The notes under the pieces are model-generated. The model was not told the origin of the DNA, made no database searches, and worked only from the letters and a program-made list of their open reading frames with translations. DNA of 50,395 bases from NCBI GenBank assembly GCA_035650735.1, contig DASRGZ010000001.1:62001-112395 (forward strand), written 5' to 3'. Made by a program: the position numbers and the translations under genes. This document shows, in pieces, positions 8,566-19,024 of the stretch (positions are counted from its first letter, which is position 1; each line of letters opens with the position of its first letter). Source of the stretch: Chthonomonadaceae bacterium. GTDB lineage: Bacteria > Armatimonadota > Chthonomonadetes > Chthonomonadales > Chthonomonadaceae.

Positions 8566-9381
8566 GTGAGTCGTTTATCGCAGAGATTTGAGCAGTTGCG
8601 CGCGCGGGGCGAGAAGGCGCTGATCTGTTTTGTGACGGCGGGCGACCCGTCGGCGGAGGGCACCGTCGAGATCGTGACCGCGCTGGGCCAGGCGGGAGCC
8701 GATGCCGTGGAGATCGGCATACCCTTCAGCGACCCAATGGCCGACGGTCCCAGCATACAGGCGTCGTCCCAGCGGGCGCTGGAGGGCGGCATGACCACGG
8801 CAAAGACGCTCTCCATTGTGCAGTCGATTCGCCAAGCGTCCCCGGATCTGCCGCTGATCTTGATGACCTACTACAACCCGGTCCGCCGCTATGGGCTGCC
8901 GCGCTTCGCTGCCGATACTCACGCCGCCGGGGTGGATGCCCATATCTTGACCGACCTGACGCCGGAGGAGGCGGGCGAATGGAAGCGCATCGCCGCCGTT
9001 CACGACCTGGATACCGTCTTCCTGCTGGCCCCGACCAGCACCTCGGAGCGCATCGAGATCGTCAGCCGCCTTTCGACGGGGTTCATCTATTGCGTCTCGC
9101 GCACGGGCGTCACCGGCGCGCGCCAGGATGTTCCTGCCGAGCTACGGGAGGTGGTGGCGCGCATCAAGGCGCAGACCGACACGCCGGTTTGCGTGGGCTT
9201 TGGCGTCTCCCAGCCGGAGCACGTGCGGCGCATCTGCGCGTTCGCCGACGGCGCGGTCGTGGGCAGCGCGCTCGTAGATCTGATCCACCGCCACTCTCAA
9301 GGGCCGGATCTGCTGGCGCACGTCCGCGATTACGTCGCCTCCCTCAAAGCGGCCACCCGGCCTTGTAAGGATGAAGGATGA
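8566..9381 (+). CDS. trpA: tryptophan synthase alpha subunit
   Basis: VTAGDP, EIGIPFSDPMADGPSIQ, SRTGVTG, VGFGVS, ADGAVVGSA. Confidence 0.99.
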   Translation: MSRLSQRFEQLRARGEKALICFVTAGDPSAEGTVEIVTALGQAGADAVEIGIPFSDPMADGPSIQASSQRALEGGMTTAKTLSIVQSIRQASPDLPLILMTYYNPVRRYGLPRFAADTHAAGVDAHILTDLTPEEAGEWKRIAAVHDLDTVFLLAPTSTSERIEIVSRLSTGFIYCVSRTGVTGARQDVPAELREVVARIKAQTDTPVCVGFGVSQPEHVRRICAFADGAVVGSALVDLIHRHSQGPDLLAHVRDYVASLKAATRPCKDEG

Positions 9382-9463
9382 AGGAATTAAGAGCGGAAAG
9401 AGGGATGAAGGATACACAAGGATGGTTGCTTTCTTCATCCTTCATCCTTCATCCCTCATCCTT
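9367..9463. repeat. inverted heptamer array (GGATGAA)n ... (TTCATCC)n
   Basis: AAGGATGAAGGATGAAGG at 9367-9384 and TTCATCCTTCATCCTTCATCCCTCATCCTT at 9434-9463; the array supplies the trpA stop codon. Confidence 0.8.
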
Positions 9464-9940
9464 TGGAAGGAGGAGCCACCACCCTGCATGACCCTCTGCA
9501 CGCAGTTCCAAATGTGATGGCCCGTTGTGAGGATACCTCCCCGACGCAACGCGCTCACGTGCCCTGCACAGGGCCGCCTCTCGAAAGCGCGCCGCCAGGA
9601 GCGCTCGCCGTCCAGCCCCTTCCGGCAGAAGCGGTTCCCATCCTGGGCAGGCTTCCCTTCTGGCCTGACGGGCGTGTGTTTGCGCAGCGGGCGACAGGTC
9701 CGCTGCGGTGGGGCCGATAGCGCGCGAACGTGACGTAGCGCCCTCGCAGGTCCTCCCTGCCGCGAGAAGCCCTTCGTCTCCACGGAAGCGACCTCCTGTC
9801 CGCTGCGACCTCCGTTTCCACTTTGGATGCAGCCTTCCCCGGGATCAAGAGCGCTCCATCTTCCCTATGGGTGGTTATTCCCGCTCATGGACGCCGGCCC
9901 TCCTGACCAGGATGCCGGGTTTTCGGCGGCGAGTCTGCCC

Positions 9941-11344
9941 TTAGAGTCCGAAGGGCAGGAACCGGAAGAGAAGGGGCGCGATCTGCTGGAGAAAACTCGG
10001 ACGATGCTGTTTGGGCAGCACGAACACGGCGTCGCCAGGCTCGATCTCCCAATCCGGCTGTTTGCCTTTGGCGATCAGTTCCAGGTCGAAAGGAAGATCG
10101 CGCGTCTCGGCGGGGTTATTGAGGTAGCCTTTGCGGAGCAGCCCCTTGCGGCGGTCGGCCTTCTTGGTCAGCCCGCCCGCCATCTCCAGGGCGCGCAGGA
10201 GCGTTACCTTTTCTTTTGGGTTCCAGTCGAAGGTATTGGGCTCCAGCACCTCGCCCAGCACCGCATAGCGCAGGCTGCGGTCGCGCTGCCCGACGATAAT
10301 GAGATCGCCCGCGCTTAACGGCAGGTTATGTACGGGGTCGTTGGCCAGCACGCGGTCGGCGTCTACCTCCAGAATGCGGCCGTCCGCGCCGCGCACCAGG
10401 CGGATCTTCTCCCGGTCGGCGGTCTCCTTGAGCCCTCCGGCGCGGTCGAAGGCGTCGCGCAGGGTCATGCCGGGGCTGAGCGGCAGGCTGGCCTCGCGAT
10501 TGACCTCCCCGACAATGCGGACGAGCTTGGGTTCGGCGGAGACCGTTGGGGCCGGCACCGCCGGAAGGATGATCTTGTCGCCGGACTCCAGGGCCGGGTC
10601 GTCCTGGCTCTCCCCGCGCATGAAGGCGGCGAAGTTGACGGCAAGGGTGCGCACCTTGCCCGGCGTCTTGCCGTCGCCTTTCTCCTGCCGCAGAATGCGA
10701 ATGTTGGCCAGATCGGCCTCGGGCTTGTAGTGGCAGGCGGCCAGGGCGTCGGAGAGGTGGGCCTTCGGCGAGAGATCGAGCTTGCCGGTGGTCTGGGCGG
10801 CCCCGGAGATAAAGACGCGCACGCGCGGCAGCTTGGCGAGGATGACCTGCACCTCCGGGGCGAGGATGTAGCGCTTCAGGCTCTCCGCGATGACTCCGCG
10901 CGCCTCCTCCGCCGTCCGGCCCTGGACGTTGACATCCCACTCCTCCTTATGGCCGCCCTCCTCGTCGGTCAGGGTGAAATGGATCTTGCCCTCGGCGTCT
11001 ACCGTGAAGGAGCCGGAAAGCTGCGGCGCGTCGGTAACGAGGATAGCGAGCACGCAGCCTGACGTGATTTTGGTTGTTGGCGTCGCCTCGGGATCGGGAC
11101 TGGGCATCGCGGCTTCCGCCTGCAGGGGACGAGCCATCACGGCGCTCACCCGGAGCGGCAGCGCCATAGCCAGACCTACGAGCAGGCAGGCAGACAGGGC
11201 GCGTTTTAGCGCCGTCCCTCTTCTCATGAGGTGAACATAGCCCTCATCCCCGCCCCCTCTCCCGGCGCTGCGGGAGAGGGGAGAGGCGTTTTCATGTGAG
11301 GGGGTACACCCCGTGCATGAAAGGCTGGCGTGAAGCGTTCGCAT
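9941..11344 (-). CDS. polysaccharide export / SLBB-domain protein
   Basis: Signal peptide, Wza-like N-domain (FTVDAEGKI..V.GRT.EE), three SLBB repeats (IVGEV..MTLRDAFDRAGG); SD AAGGAAAG before ATG 11344; alternative start 11227. Confidence 0.85.
   Translation of the reverse strand: MRTLHASLSCTGCTPSHENASPLSRSAGRGGGDEGYVHLMRRGTALKRALSACLLVGLAMALPLRVSAVMARPLQAEAAMPSPDPEATPTTKITSGCVLAILVTDAPQLSGSFTVDAEGKIHFTLTDEEGGHKEEWDVNVQGRTAEEARGVIAESLKRYILAPEVQVILAKLPRVRVFISGAAQTTGKLDLSPKAHLSDALAACHYKPEADLANIRILRQEKGDGKTPGKVRTLAVNFAAFMRGESQDDPALESGDKIILPAVPAPTVSAEPKLVRIVGEVNREASLPLSPGMTLRDAFDRAGGLKETADREKIRLVRGADGRILEVDADRVLANDPVHNLPLSAGDLIIVGQRDRSLRYAVLGEVLEPNTFDWNPKEKVTLLRALEMAGGLTKKADRRKGLLRKGYLNNPAETRDLPFDLELIAKGKQPDWEIEPGDAVFVLPKQHRPSFLQQIAPLLFRFLPFGL
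11231..11334. repeat. repeat family A, long (about 104 bp) copy lying inside the SLBB ORF 5' end
   Basis: Aligns over its length with the reverse complement of 24334-24436; core CCCCTCTCCC..GGGAGAGGGG hairpin. Confidence 0.85.
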
Positions 11345-11561
11345 AGCGGTCTTTCCTTATCGCGGGGCAGGCGCCGGACGCGGCTTCGAACCGCGCTGCC
11401 TCGCCCGGTATCTGTATTCGACATACCGGGGCGCTCTTTCCTACAAAGATTATCGGCATTTAGCCAGGCCAGGGCGTAATCTGCTAGAGGCAGACGCCCG
11501 CAGCATTTCTAGAGGCCCGGTGCGTGTGCCGATCTATCTGCTTGCCGTGCAGAGGGGGCCA

Positions 11562-11570
11562 TGTTATAAT
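11562..11570 (+). promoter_or_regulatory. extended -10 element
   Basis: TGTTATAAT upstream of the prepilin-like gene. Confidence 0.5.
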
Positions 11571-11629
11571 GAGCGATAGTCAAGATTAAGCATTTAATGA
11601 AGTCTACTTTAGCCTACCGGAAGGAAGAC

Positions 11630-12388
11630 ATGATGCAAAGGACAATGCGCGCAGGATTCACTCTTATCGAGCTTCTCGTCGTTATCGCCATCATTGCCAT
11701 TCTAGCAGCGATACTCTTCCCCGTCTTCTCGCAGGCGCGGGAGGCGGCGTGCAAGACCGCCTGCCTTTCCAATATGCGCCAGATCGGGATGGCAACCCGG
11801 ATGTATACGGAAGACTATGATGAGCGCTTCCCACAAACCAAAGCCTTCACCACATCCCAACCGCAGATAGATGACGCGGACGGCAGCAAGGAAGACCCGG
11901 ACTTAGGCTCCATCTTTGACATCATCTTTCCCTATACCGGACAGGGCAAAAAGGCCCCTGATGAGCAGTTCAAGCAGCATCTCTACGCCTGCCCCTCCGA
12001 TCCGGCCCCATTCGATCCGCTCTGCCCGCAGCAGTACCATCCGGGCGGCCCCAACGTCATCTCTTATCTGGTCAACGGCTACTTTATCTGGGGTCTCACC
12101 GATGCGGGCATCCGACGGCCTGCCGATACCATCATCTACGCCGAGCGGCGCAGCCAGCAGGCCAACGGCGTAGACCCCTTCTGCGACGACATCTACCATC
12201 CCTGGTTCTATCCGCCTGCGAATCCGTTGACGCCGGACGGGTACAACGAAATGGATGCCATCACCGGCGCAATGGCGACCCATCGGCATCAAGAGGGCGC
12301 CAACTACGTGTTTGCCGATGGGCACTCCGGCTGGAAACGCTACACGCAAACCTGGAGCCCGCCGAACATAGACCTGCACACGCCTTAG
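11630..12388 (+). CDS. prepilin-type N-terminal cleavage/methylation domain protein (DUF1559-like, H-X9-DG motif)
   Basis: [37 protein letters not shown]-terminal [14 protein letters not shown]. Confidence 0.93.
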   Translation: MMQRTMRAGFTLIELLVVIAIIAILAAILFPVFSQAREAACKTACLSNMRQIGMATRMYTEDYDERFPQTKAFTTSQPQIDDADGSKEDPDLGSIFDIIFPYTGQGKKAPDEQFKQHLYACPSDPAPFDPLCPQQYHPGGPNVISYLVNGYFIWGLTDAGIRRPADTIIYAERRSQQANGVDPFCDDIYHPWFYPPANPLTPDGYNEMDAITGAMATHRHQEGANYVFADGHSGWKRYTQTWSPPNIDLHTP

Positions 12389-12528
12389 GCAGCGTCTTAG
12401 ATGTCCTTTTTGCCGTCCGGCAGGGATAACGGCATGCCCCGCCGAAACTTCCCGCGTATCGGAAGGGCATTGCCGCTCCTGCCGGTTGGCAGGGTGCTGC
12501 AAATCCTCTCCAATGGGAGGCATAGGGC

Positions 12529-13893
12529 TTGAGCGCGATCTCTATCTGTGCAGAAGCAGAACGCGAACCGGGTGCGATGCGGGTCGGCACGATCTTTCGG
12601 CTGTGGCTGCCGCTGGCGGTCAGCTTTGAGCTGATGATGCTGGAAGGCCCGGCGGTGCAGGGGGCCATCGGGCGGCTGCCCGATCCACCCCTGAACCTGG
12701 CGGCCTGGGGCCTGACGATGGCCCTGTCGCTGCTGGTCGAAAGCCCGGTGATCATGCTGCTGGCGACAGCCATCGCGCTGGTCAAGGACGCCGCCTCGTA
12801 CCGGGCGCTGCGCCGCTTCATGCTCTGCCTCTGCTGCGGCTGCACGGCGTTGACGGCGCTGGTCGCCTTCACGCCGCTCTTCTACTGGATTGCGGGCGAC
12901 CTGATGGGCCAGCCGGCCCCCATTGTGGCGGCGGCGCGCCCGGCCATGCAGCTCATGCTGTTCTGGACGGCGGCGATTGCATGGCGGCGCTTCTACCAGG
13001 GCATTCTGGTGCGGCACGGCCAGACGCACCTGGTCTCCTGGGGAACGGCGCTGCGGCTGCTGGCGACCGTGAGCGCGGCGGTCGTGCTGGCGTGGTGGGG
13101 AAAGCTGCCGGGAGTGCAGGTCGGCGGACTGACGCTCATGATCGCCGTGATTACGGAGGCGATAGCGACCACGCGGTTCGCCCTGCCGGTCGTGCGCCGT
13201 GATGTGCTGCCGCAGAGGGATTTGGACGGGGAGCCGCTGACCCAGCGAGAAATCTTCCGGTTTCATGCTCCATTGGCCGCTACGACCCTGCTGACGCTGC
13301 TGGCCCAGCCGATGACCTCGGCGGCGCTGGCCCGACTGAGCGCGCCGCAGGCGACGCTGGCGGCCTGGCCGGTCGCCTTCATGGTGCTGATGGTGCTGCG
13401 TGGGTGGGGAATGGCCTTGCAGGAGATCACGGTGGCGCAGGCCCGGAAGCCGGAGGCGCAGCCTGCCCTCCGCAAATTTACCTGGCTGGTCGGCGGCGTC
13501 ACCTCCGGCGCGGCGGCCATCCTCGTCTGCACGCCGCTGCTGGGCCTCTATCTGGATAGGGTCATCCACCTGCCTGCGGATCTGCGGCCTTACGCGCATC
13601 TGGCCGTCGGCGCCTGCGTGGCGCTGCCGCTCATCACGGCGCTCGGCTCCTGGGCGCGGGGACTGCTGGTCGCCGGGGGCGCAACGCGCCTGATCTACCG
13701 GGGCATGGGAATCAACCTGGCGACACACGGCGGGCTGCTGGCGCTGGGCGTGGCACTGCATCTGCCGGGAATGTGGGTGGCGGCGGGGGCGTTCTCACTG
13801 GCCGCCGCTGTCGAGTATGTCTATCTCTCCCGCCGTGCCGCCGCGCTCTACGCCATGTCTTCCTTCTCAAGGAGAAGCGCGGCAGAAGAATAA
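12529..13893 (+). CDS. MATE/MOP-superfamily-like 12-TM membrane transporter
   Basis: About 12 hydrophobic segments in two repeats (IFRLWLPLA / IFRFHAPLA); SD GGGAGG before TTG. Confidence 0.75.
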   Translation: MSAISICAEAEREPGAMRVGTIFRLWLPLAVSFELMMLEGPAVQGAIGRLPDPPLNLAAWGLTMALSLLVESPVIMLLATAIALVKDAASYRALRRFMLCLCCGCTALTALVAFTPLFYWIAGDLMGQPAPIVAAARPAMQLMLFWTAAIAWRRFYQGILVRHGQTHLVSWGTALRLLATVSAAVVLAWWGKLPGVQVGGLTLMIAVITEAIATTRFALPVVRRDVLPQRDLDGEPLTQREIFRFHAPLAATTLLTLLAQPMTSAALARLSAPQATLAAWPVAFMVLMVLRGWGMALQEITVAQARKPEAQPALRKFTWLVGGVTSGAAAILVCTPLLGLYLDRVIHLPADLRPYAHLAVGACVALPLITALGSWARGLLVAGGATRLIYRGMGINLATHGGLLALGVALHLPGMWVAAGAFSLAAAVEYVYLSRRAAALYAMSSFSRRSAAEE

Positions 13894-13954
13894 ACAAGGC
13901 GCTATCCTCCTATACCTCGGAGAAGCGATTTCAGGGTGAATCAGGAAGAGAAAG

Positions 13955-14800
13955 ATGAATGGTCTTAACAAGGAACAGATCGCTTTCTTCCGTGAGAACG
14001 GTTATCTGCTGCTGGAAAAGGCGCTGGACCCGGCGGATTTCCAGCCCTTGATTGCGGAGTTAGAAGCGGTGGTGGACAGGCGGGCGCGGGAGGCGCAGAC
14101 GGCAGGACGGCTGACAAACATCTTCGAGGGCGAGCCGTTTGATCGCCGTCTGGCGCGCATCGGCCAGGCGCTCGGCGACCCTACCGACCTCTGGGCCACC
14201 ATTCAGGGCAAGGGCCACAAGACGGCAGGCATGTTCGCCGTCCTCACCCATCCGGCGCTGCTGGACATCGTCGAATCGCTGATCGGGCCGGAGATACTGG
14301 CACACCCGCAGTTTAACCTGCGTGCCAAACTGCCCGCGCATGAGATTGGCGTCGTGCCCTGGCATCAAGACCTGGGCTACCTGCGCCCGGAAGCCGACGA
14401 GACCCCGATGGTCAACTTCTGGATTCCCCTGGTGGACGCCCCGATGGAGACCGGCGCGCTCCAGGTCATTCCGGGCAGCCATCGCTGGGGCCGCCTGCCG
14501 CACGAGAATTTAGGGTCCTATCTCGGTATTCGGGATGAGTCGCTCCCGCCGCATACGGTCGTGGACTGTCCCCTGCCGCTGGGCGGCGTCCTGGTCCTCC
14601 AGCACAAGATGGTGCATCGCTCGGTTCCCAACACATCCGACAGAGTGCGCTGGAGCCTGGACTTGCGCTATAGCGATCCCTCCTACCCCACGGGACGAGC
14701 GGAGGTGCCGGGTTTTCTGGTGCGCAGCCGCGCCCATCCGGAGGCCGTCGCCACAAGCCACTTAGATTGGCTCGCGCTGTTCGAGCAGCCTGTGGCTTGA
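13955..14800 (+). CDS. phytanoyl-CoA dioxygenase (PhyH) family Fe(II)/2OG oxygenase
   Basis: FFRENGYL, PWHQD, IPGSHRW, HRS..N.SDRVRWS. Confidence 0.92.
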   Translation: MNGLNKEQIAFFRENGYLLLEKALDPADFQPLIAELEAVVDRRAREAQTAGRLTNIFEGEPFDRRLARIGQALGDPTDLWATIQGKGHKTAGMFAVLTHPALLDIVESLIGPEILAHPQFNLRAKLPAHEIGVVPWHQDLGYLRPEADETPMVNFWIPLVDAPMETGALQVIPGSHRWGRLPHENLGSYLGIRDESLPPHTVVDCPLPLGGVLVLQHKMVHRSVPNTSDRVRWSLDLRYSDPSYPTGRAEVPGFLVRSRAHPEAVATSHLDWLALFEQPVA

Positions 14801-14867
14801 AGAATGGCGCCGTACCTCCGGGGATCTGGCCCGCCACCCCTGCCGGCCCGGTTCCTCCAGCGGTCCC

Positions 14868-15334
14868 TTACGGGTACGCGTTGGGGTCTTCGACGCTCAG
14901 CCCTTCGGCTGTGGCCGCCACATTGAGTTCAGCATCCGCAGAAAGCAGGGTGATCGGAGGCAGACCGGCGGCGAGGTAGCTTGCCTGCACACTCCGCGCG
15001 GCCGCCAACTGTACGGCATCGTAGCCGCGCAACCCATGCGTTTCCGCCAGAGTCATCGCCTGATCGACCAGCGCTTCACTCACCTCGAGCACCTTGTATT
15101 CGGTGGCCAGATGACTTCGAAAAGCCATGCGCGCCGCGTTAGCGTCCACAGAGGCAAGCATCCCGCCCCGCTCCTGCGAGTGAGGGCGGCCGCGAGTTCC
15201 ACGGCCGTGATGCGCACGATATAGACCGTGCAGCCGGTGGCCGGATCTAGCTGGGCCAGGAGCCACGTGGCGCCTGGCTCAGCGACATAGCGTTTGGAGA
15301 GGGCGCTGGTATCGGCAAAATAGACGTCCGCCAC
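14868..15334 (-). pseudogene. vapC: PIN-domain toxin (VapC) with a 1-nt deletion frameshift near 15173
   Basis: YFADTSALSKRYVAEPG..VEL in one frame and LRGYDAVQLAAA..SADAEL in another; one extra G in AGGAG restores TRRERGG. Could be a sequencing error. Confidence 0.8.
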
Positions 15335-15597
15335 TAGCGGCGCTCCTCGATTATGGTCTCGGAGAGCAGCTTGCCCTGGATGGGAACTGGCACGTAGTCT
15401 ACCGTGCTCTGTTGGCAGCGGGGCTTGATCTCTTTCAACAGCCCGGCCTCCACCAGCGTCTGCATGGCTTTCCACTCTTGAGGCGAATACCCCGCCCTTT
15501 CCAGCCGTTGCTGGATAGCGCGTTCTACCGATCCTAGTTCACTCAAATCCAGCGTTCGAATGTCTTCCAACACACGCTGGAGTGTCGCCTGCGCCAT
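15334..15597 (-). CDS. antitoxin
   Basis: 87 aa ending GKLLSETIIEERR; stop overlaps the toxin GTG; promoter TGTGTTATAAT at 15657-15667 (minus). Confidence 0.75.
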   Translation of the reverse strand: MAQATLQRVLEDIRTLDLSELGSVERAIQQRLERAGYSPQEWKAMQTLVEAGLLKEIKPRCQQSTVDYVPVPIQGKLLSETIIEERR

Positions 15598-15729
15598 GAT
15601 GCTTTCCCCCTTTCAATCGCCGCTGATAGCAACGGCGCGGTTGAAACCTTGCCTGCATTATAACACACAGCCCGGTCTGATCGGCGAGCTATAACAAACT
15701 CCAGACGTTTAAGGCTGGTTGATGGGCTT

Positions 15730-16622
15730 TTACCTCCGACCGCCGTAGTCCTCGCCGGAGGGCGCGCGGGTCGGGTCCGTGCGCCGATAGGTTTGCAGCG
15801 TCTCGGCCAGTTGAGAGCGCACGCGATCTGGCAGTTCATCCCGCCGCGCCGTGCCGGAGCGCGCCGCCACCGCAGGGTCTATCTCGGCGACGATCAGCCG
15901 CTCGCGGAACAGGCCCGCCTCCGCGATGGCGACGCCGTTGGGGTCGAAGATGGCGCTATCGCCGTAGCCGAGGTCGTCGGGCAGGATGGTACCCATGCCG
16001 ATCACGTTGGCGCGCACGACGAACACGCCCAAGAGCGCCGCCAGCCCGATGTGGTTGTTGCGCACCTTGATTCGATGCTCGTCCATACCCGCCATTACAA
16101 TGGCGTTGTAGTGCGGGCTAAAGATCACCTGCGCGCCCTGGTAGGCCAGCGTCTGGGCCGGCTCGACAAATGAAGAGTCGTGGCAGATGATACAGCCGAA
16201 GGTGAGGCCCTTCGCCTGGAATACCGGCAGGTCGTAATCGCGGCAGAAGCCCATGTCGCGGGCGTCGCCGCCGGTCAGCATCGTCTTGCGGTAGTGGCCA
16301 TCCGCTTCCCTTCGGCATAGATGGCGACGGTGTTGCCGATGGCGCCCTCGGAGAGCCGCTCGGCCAATCCGACGAGCAGCACGAGATCGCGGCGGGCGGC
16401 CTCGGCGACGAGTTTGGCCAGGCGCGCATCCTCCAGCGACATGGCCCCGCGCTCGACCAGCGCGCGGCTGCCGTACCCGCTCAGAAACGCCTCCGGCAGA
16501 CAGAGGAAATCGGCCTGTTGCTCCCCCGCCTCGATAATCGCCCGGTGCGCCGCCGCCAGGTTTGCCTCCACGTCGCCGTCTACACAGCGCCCCTGCCATG
16601 CCGCTAACCTCACAGTGTCCAC
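15730..16622 (-). pseudogene. carbon-nitrogen hydrolase (nitrilase superfamily), frameshift near 16298
   Basis: LPEAF, YRKT and IICHD catalytic triad split over two frames; one extra G in ATGGCC restores KRMGHYRK. Probably a homopolymer error. Confidence 0.8.
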
Positions 16623-16666
16623 GTCTCTCCTCCTGTTCTCTCCGTCCGTGTCACGCGGATCACCGG

Positions 16667-17680
16667 CTATTCTACAGACCAGTCCAGGACGACGCCGAGG
16701 GCGCGGGTGCGGTCTTCCAGGAGCATCTGGAAGGCTTCCGGAGTCTGCCGCCAGGGGTAGCGATGGGTAATCAGCGGGCGCACATCCAGCACGCCGGCAT
16801 CCTGCCAGTCAAAGAAAAGCTCGATGTGCCGGGCGATGGACCAGGGGGTATTGGGCGTCTCGGCGGGCGGGTGGACCATGTTGTGCGCGCCAATGATCTC
16901 CAGGCCCAACGTGTGTACCTCCTCATGCAGGTCTATGGTCACGGGGCCGCGCGGGCTGCCCAGCAGCACGACCCGTCCCAGCTTGCGCGCCAGTTTCACC
17001 GCTCCGACCATCGCCACCGGATTGCCGGTAATGTCGAAAACCACATCGGCCATGCGGCCTTTGGTCAGCCGCTCGACCTCCGGCACGGCCTCCTCCGCCG
17101 TCATCGGCAGGACATGCGTGGCCCCGCCCGCCCGCGCAAATTCCAGCCGTCCCTGCGCCGGGTCCACGACAATGACGGGCCAGGCGCCCGCGATCCAGCA
17201 GTAACGCGCTGCCAGCTGCCCCAGCAGCCCGGCCCCGACGATGACCACCGATTCGCCCAGCATCACCCGGCTCAGGCGCACCCCGCCCAGCACGATCTCG
17301 CCCAATGTGGCAAAGCTGGCCGCCTCGCTGTCCACGCCGGGCGGGATCGGATGCAGACGCTTGGCCAGGCAGAGGGCATGGGTGGCGTGCGGAGCCATGC
17401 TCATGACCCGGTCGCCCACGCGTGCGTTGTCTACGCCCTCGCCCACTTCCAGCACCCTGCCCACATTGCTGTACCCGACGACAAAGGGATAACGCATATA
17501 TCTGGCCCAGCGCGAGTTAGGCGGAAAATCGCCACTCAGCCCGGTCAGTTCCGTGCCTGTACTGATAAGCGTGCGCTCGGTGCGAATCAAGACCTCTCCG
17601 GCCTTCGGGCTTTCGTAGGTGTGCGGCTCCAGGATCACCTGGCGCGGGGCAGGAAAGACGGTTCGATAACCTTCAGCCAT
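16667..17680 (-). CDS. zinc-binding (MDR) alcohol dehydrogenase family protein
   Basis: ISTGTE, GYSNVG, GAGLLG, LITHRYP; SD GAGGAGG. Confidence 0.9.
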   Translation of the reverse strand: MAEGYRTVFPAPRQVILEPHTYESPKAGEVLIRTERTLISTGTELTGLSGDFPPNSRWARYMRYPFVVGYSNVGRVLEVGEGVDNARVGDRVMSMAPHATHALCLAKRLHPIPPGVDSEAASFATLGEIVLGGVRLSRVMLGESVVIVGAGLLGQLAARYCWIAGAWPVIVVDPAQGRLEFARAGGATHVLPMTAEEAVPEVERLTKGRMADVVFDITGNPVAMVGAVKLARKLGRVVLLGSPRGPVTIDLHEEVHTLGLEIIGAHNMVHPPAETPNTPWSIARHIELFFDWQDAGVLDVRPLITHRYPWRQTPEAFQMLLEDRTRALGVVLDWSVE

Positions 17681-17694
17681 GAGCGAAGTCCTCC

Positions 17695-18969
17695 TCAATG
17701 CGTTGGGGCGTTGATCGTCCCGGCGATCTTCTCCACGACGGCCCACAGTTGCGGGATTTGCGCCTCGGTGGCCTGGCCGCCCGTCTGCCCCCAGGCCATT
17801 CCCTGCTGGCTGGGGAAACGCCCGGTGGCAAGGAAGTCCTCGCAGGCTGCACGGATGTCCTCAACGGCTACGTACTCGCCCGGCTCACTGGGCACCGGCG
17901 TGCGTTGGATAGAGGTTTCGGGCACGGTCGCGATGCTTCCGGCTGCAACGAAAAGCAGGTCATAGAAGCCTACGAACGGGCGCGAGTCGATCAGGCGCGT
18001 CAGCGGACGGGACGCTTCGCCGCGCAGATAGCGGAAATAGTCCCGGACGTTTTCCAGCAGCAGGTCGCGGTTGTCTGCCGGCCCGGCCTCCTGCCTGCCG
18101 TCCTTCCAATCTATGCGGTAGCCACGGCGCGTAATGTAGGTGATCGCCGCCTGCTCGCACTCCACCCGCTCCCACTGTTCATGTGGCCCCGCTACGGCAT
18201 GCGTCGCCGCCACCTGTACCTCGACGCCGTTGGCGCAGAGGCCGCGTGCAAAGACGGTATCCAGGCTCTCTATCGCGTGGGCGCGGTAGAGTTCCGCCTG
18301 CGCGGAGACCACCGGCTCCCAGGAGAGGAGTTCCTCCTGCCCGGCCCAGAACAGCAGGTTGTGAATGTAGTGGGCCATCGCGTTGCCGATGCAGGAGTCC
18401 AGCACCAGTTTGCCGTCGAGCAGGAGGCGCCCGGCCCAGGGCGCGCGGGTGAAATAGGTGGTCGCACGCGGCCAGAGGCCCAGGAAGCGCACGGCGCGCA
18501 CCGGACCGAACTCCCTCTGTAGAAGCCGCTGCTTCAACTGCTGTCGGGGCGCTTCCACGATGAAGCTAAAGCCGACCATCGTGCTTTTGGCGGCGCGCGC
18601 CTCCGCCGCCAGCATCTCCTCCAGCTCGGCAGAATCGAGCGTGGGCGGCTTTTCGAGATAGCAGGCCAGGCCGTGCTCCACGCAGGCGCGGTGCATCGGC
18701 GCATGGAGTGGTACGGGGGTCGGCACAGTCACCAGGTCCAGTTCCGCCGCGCACGCCTCCAGCATCTGCCGGTAATCGGGAAAGGCGCGCACGCCCCGTT
18801 CGGCGAACCGCCACGCGGCCATGCTCTCCCGAAACGCCTCCAGATTCGGATCGCACGTACAGACCAGCCGGCATTGGCCTTCCTGCTCCAGCGCCCGCAA
18901 AACCCGGTGATGCTCCTGCGCAAAGCCGCCCATGCCGATGATCGCCGCGCGCAGCGGTAGCTTGCCCAT
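17695..18969 (-). CDS. Gfo/Idh/MocA family oxidoreductase
   Basis: AIIGMGGFA, VPTPVPLH, YLEKPP, NAMAHY. Confidence 0.9.
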   Translation of the reverse strand: MGKLPLRAAIIGMGGFAQEHHRVLRALEQEGQCRLVCTCDPNLEAFRESMAAWRFAERGVRAFPDYRQMLEACAAELDLVTVPTPVPLHAPMHRACVEHGLACYLEKPPTLDSAELEEMLAAEARAAKSTMVGFSFIVEAPRQQLKQRLLQREFGPVRAVRFLGLWPRATTYFTRAPWAGRLLLDGKLVLDSCIGNAMAHYIHNLLFWAGQEELLSWEPVVSAQAELYRAHAIESLDTVFARGLCANGVEVQVAATHAVAGPHEQWERVECEQAAITYITRRGYRIDWKDGRQEAGPADNRDLLLENVRDYFRYLRGEASRPLTRLIDSRPFVGFYDLLFVAAGSIATVPETSIQRTPVPSEPGEYVAVEDIRAACEDFLATGRFPSQQGMAWGQTGGQATEAQIPQLWAVVEKIAGTINAPTH

Positions 18970-19024
18970 TGAGAACGCTCCTTCTCGCTCAGAGTATGGA
19001 AATCCGGCACAACCCTAAAGGACC

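Noticed and set aside
12397..13761. Long antisense ORFs (also 20463..21926, 30847..32850, 16562..17965 and others)
   Set aside because: Shadow frames of well-supported genes, expected in high-GC DNA.
16290..16305. Programmed frameshift in the nitrilase gene (and in vapC at 15173)
   Set aside because: Both are single-G losses in short G runs with no slippery heptamer or stimulatory structure; sequencing error or simple mutation is more likely.
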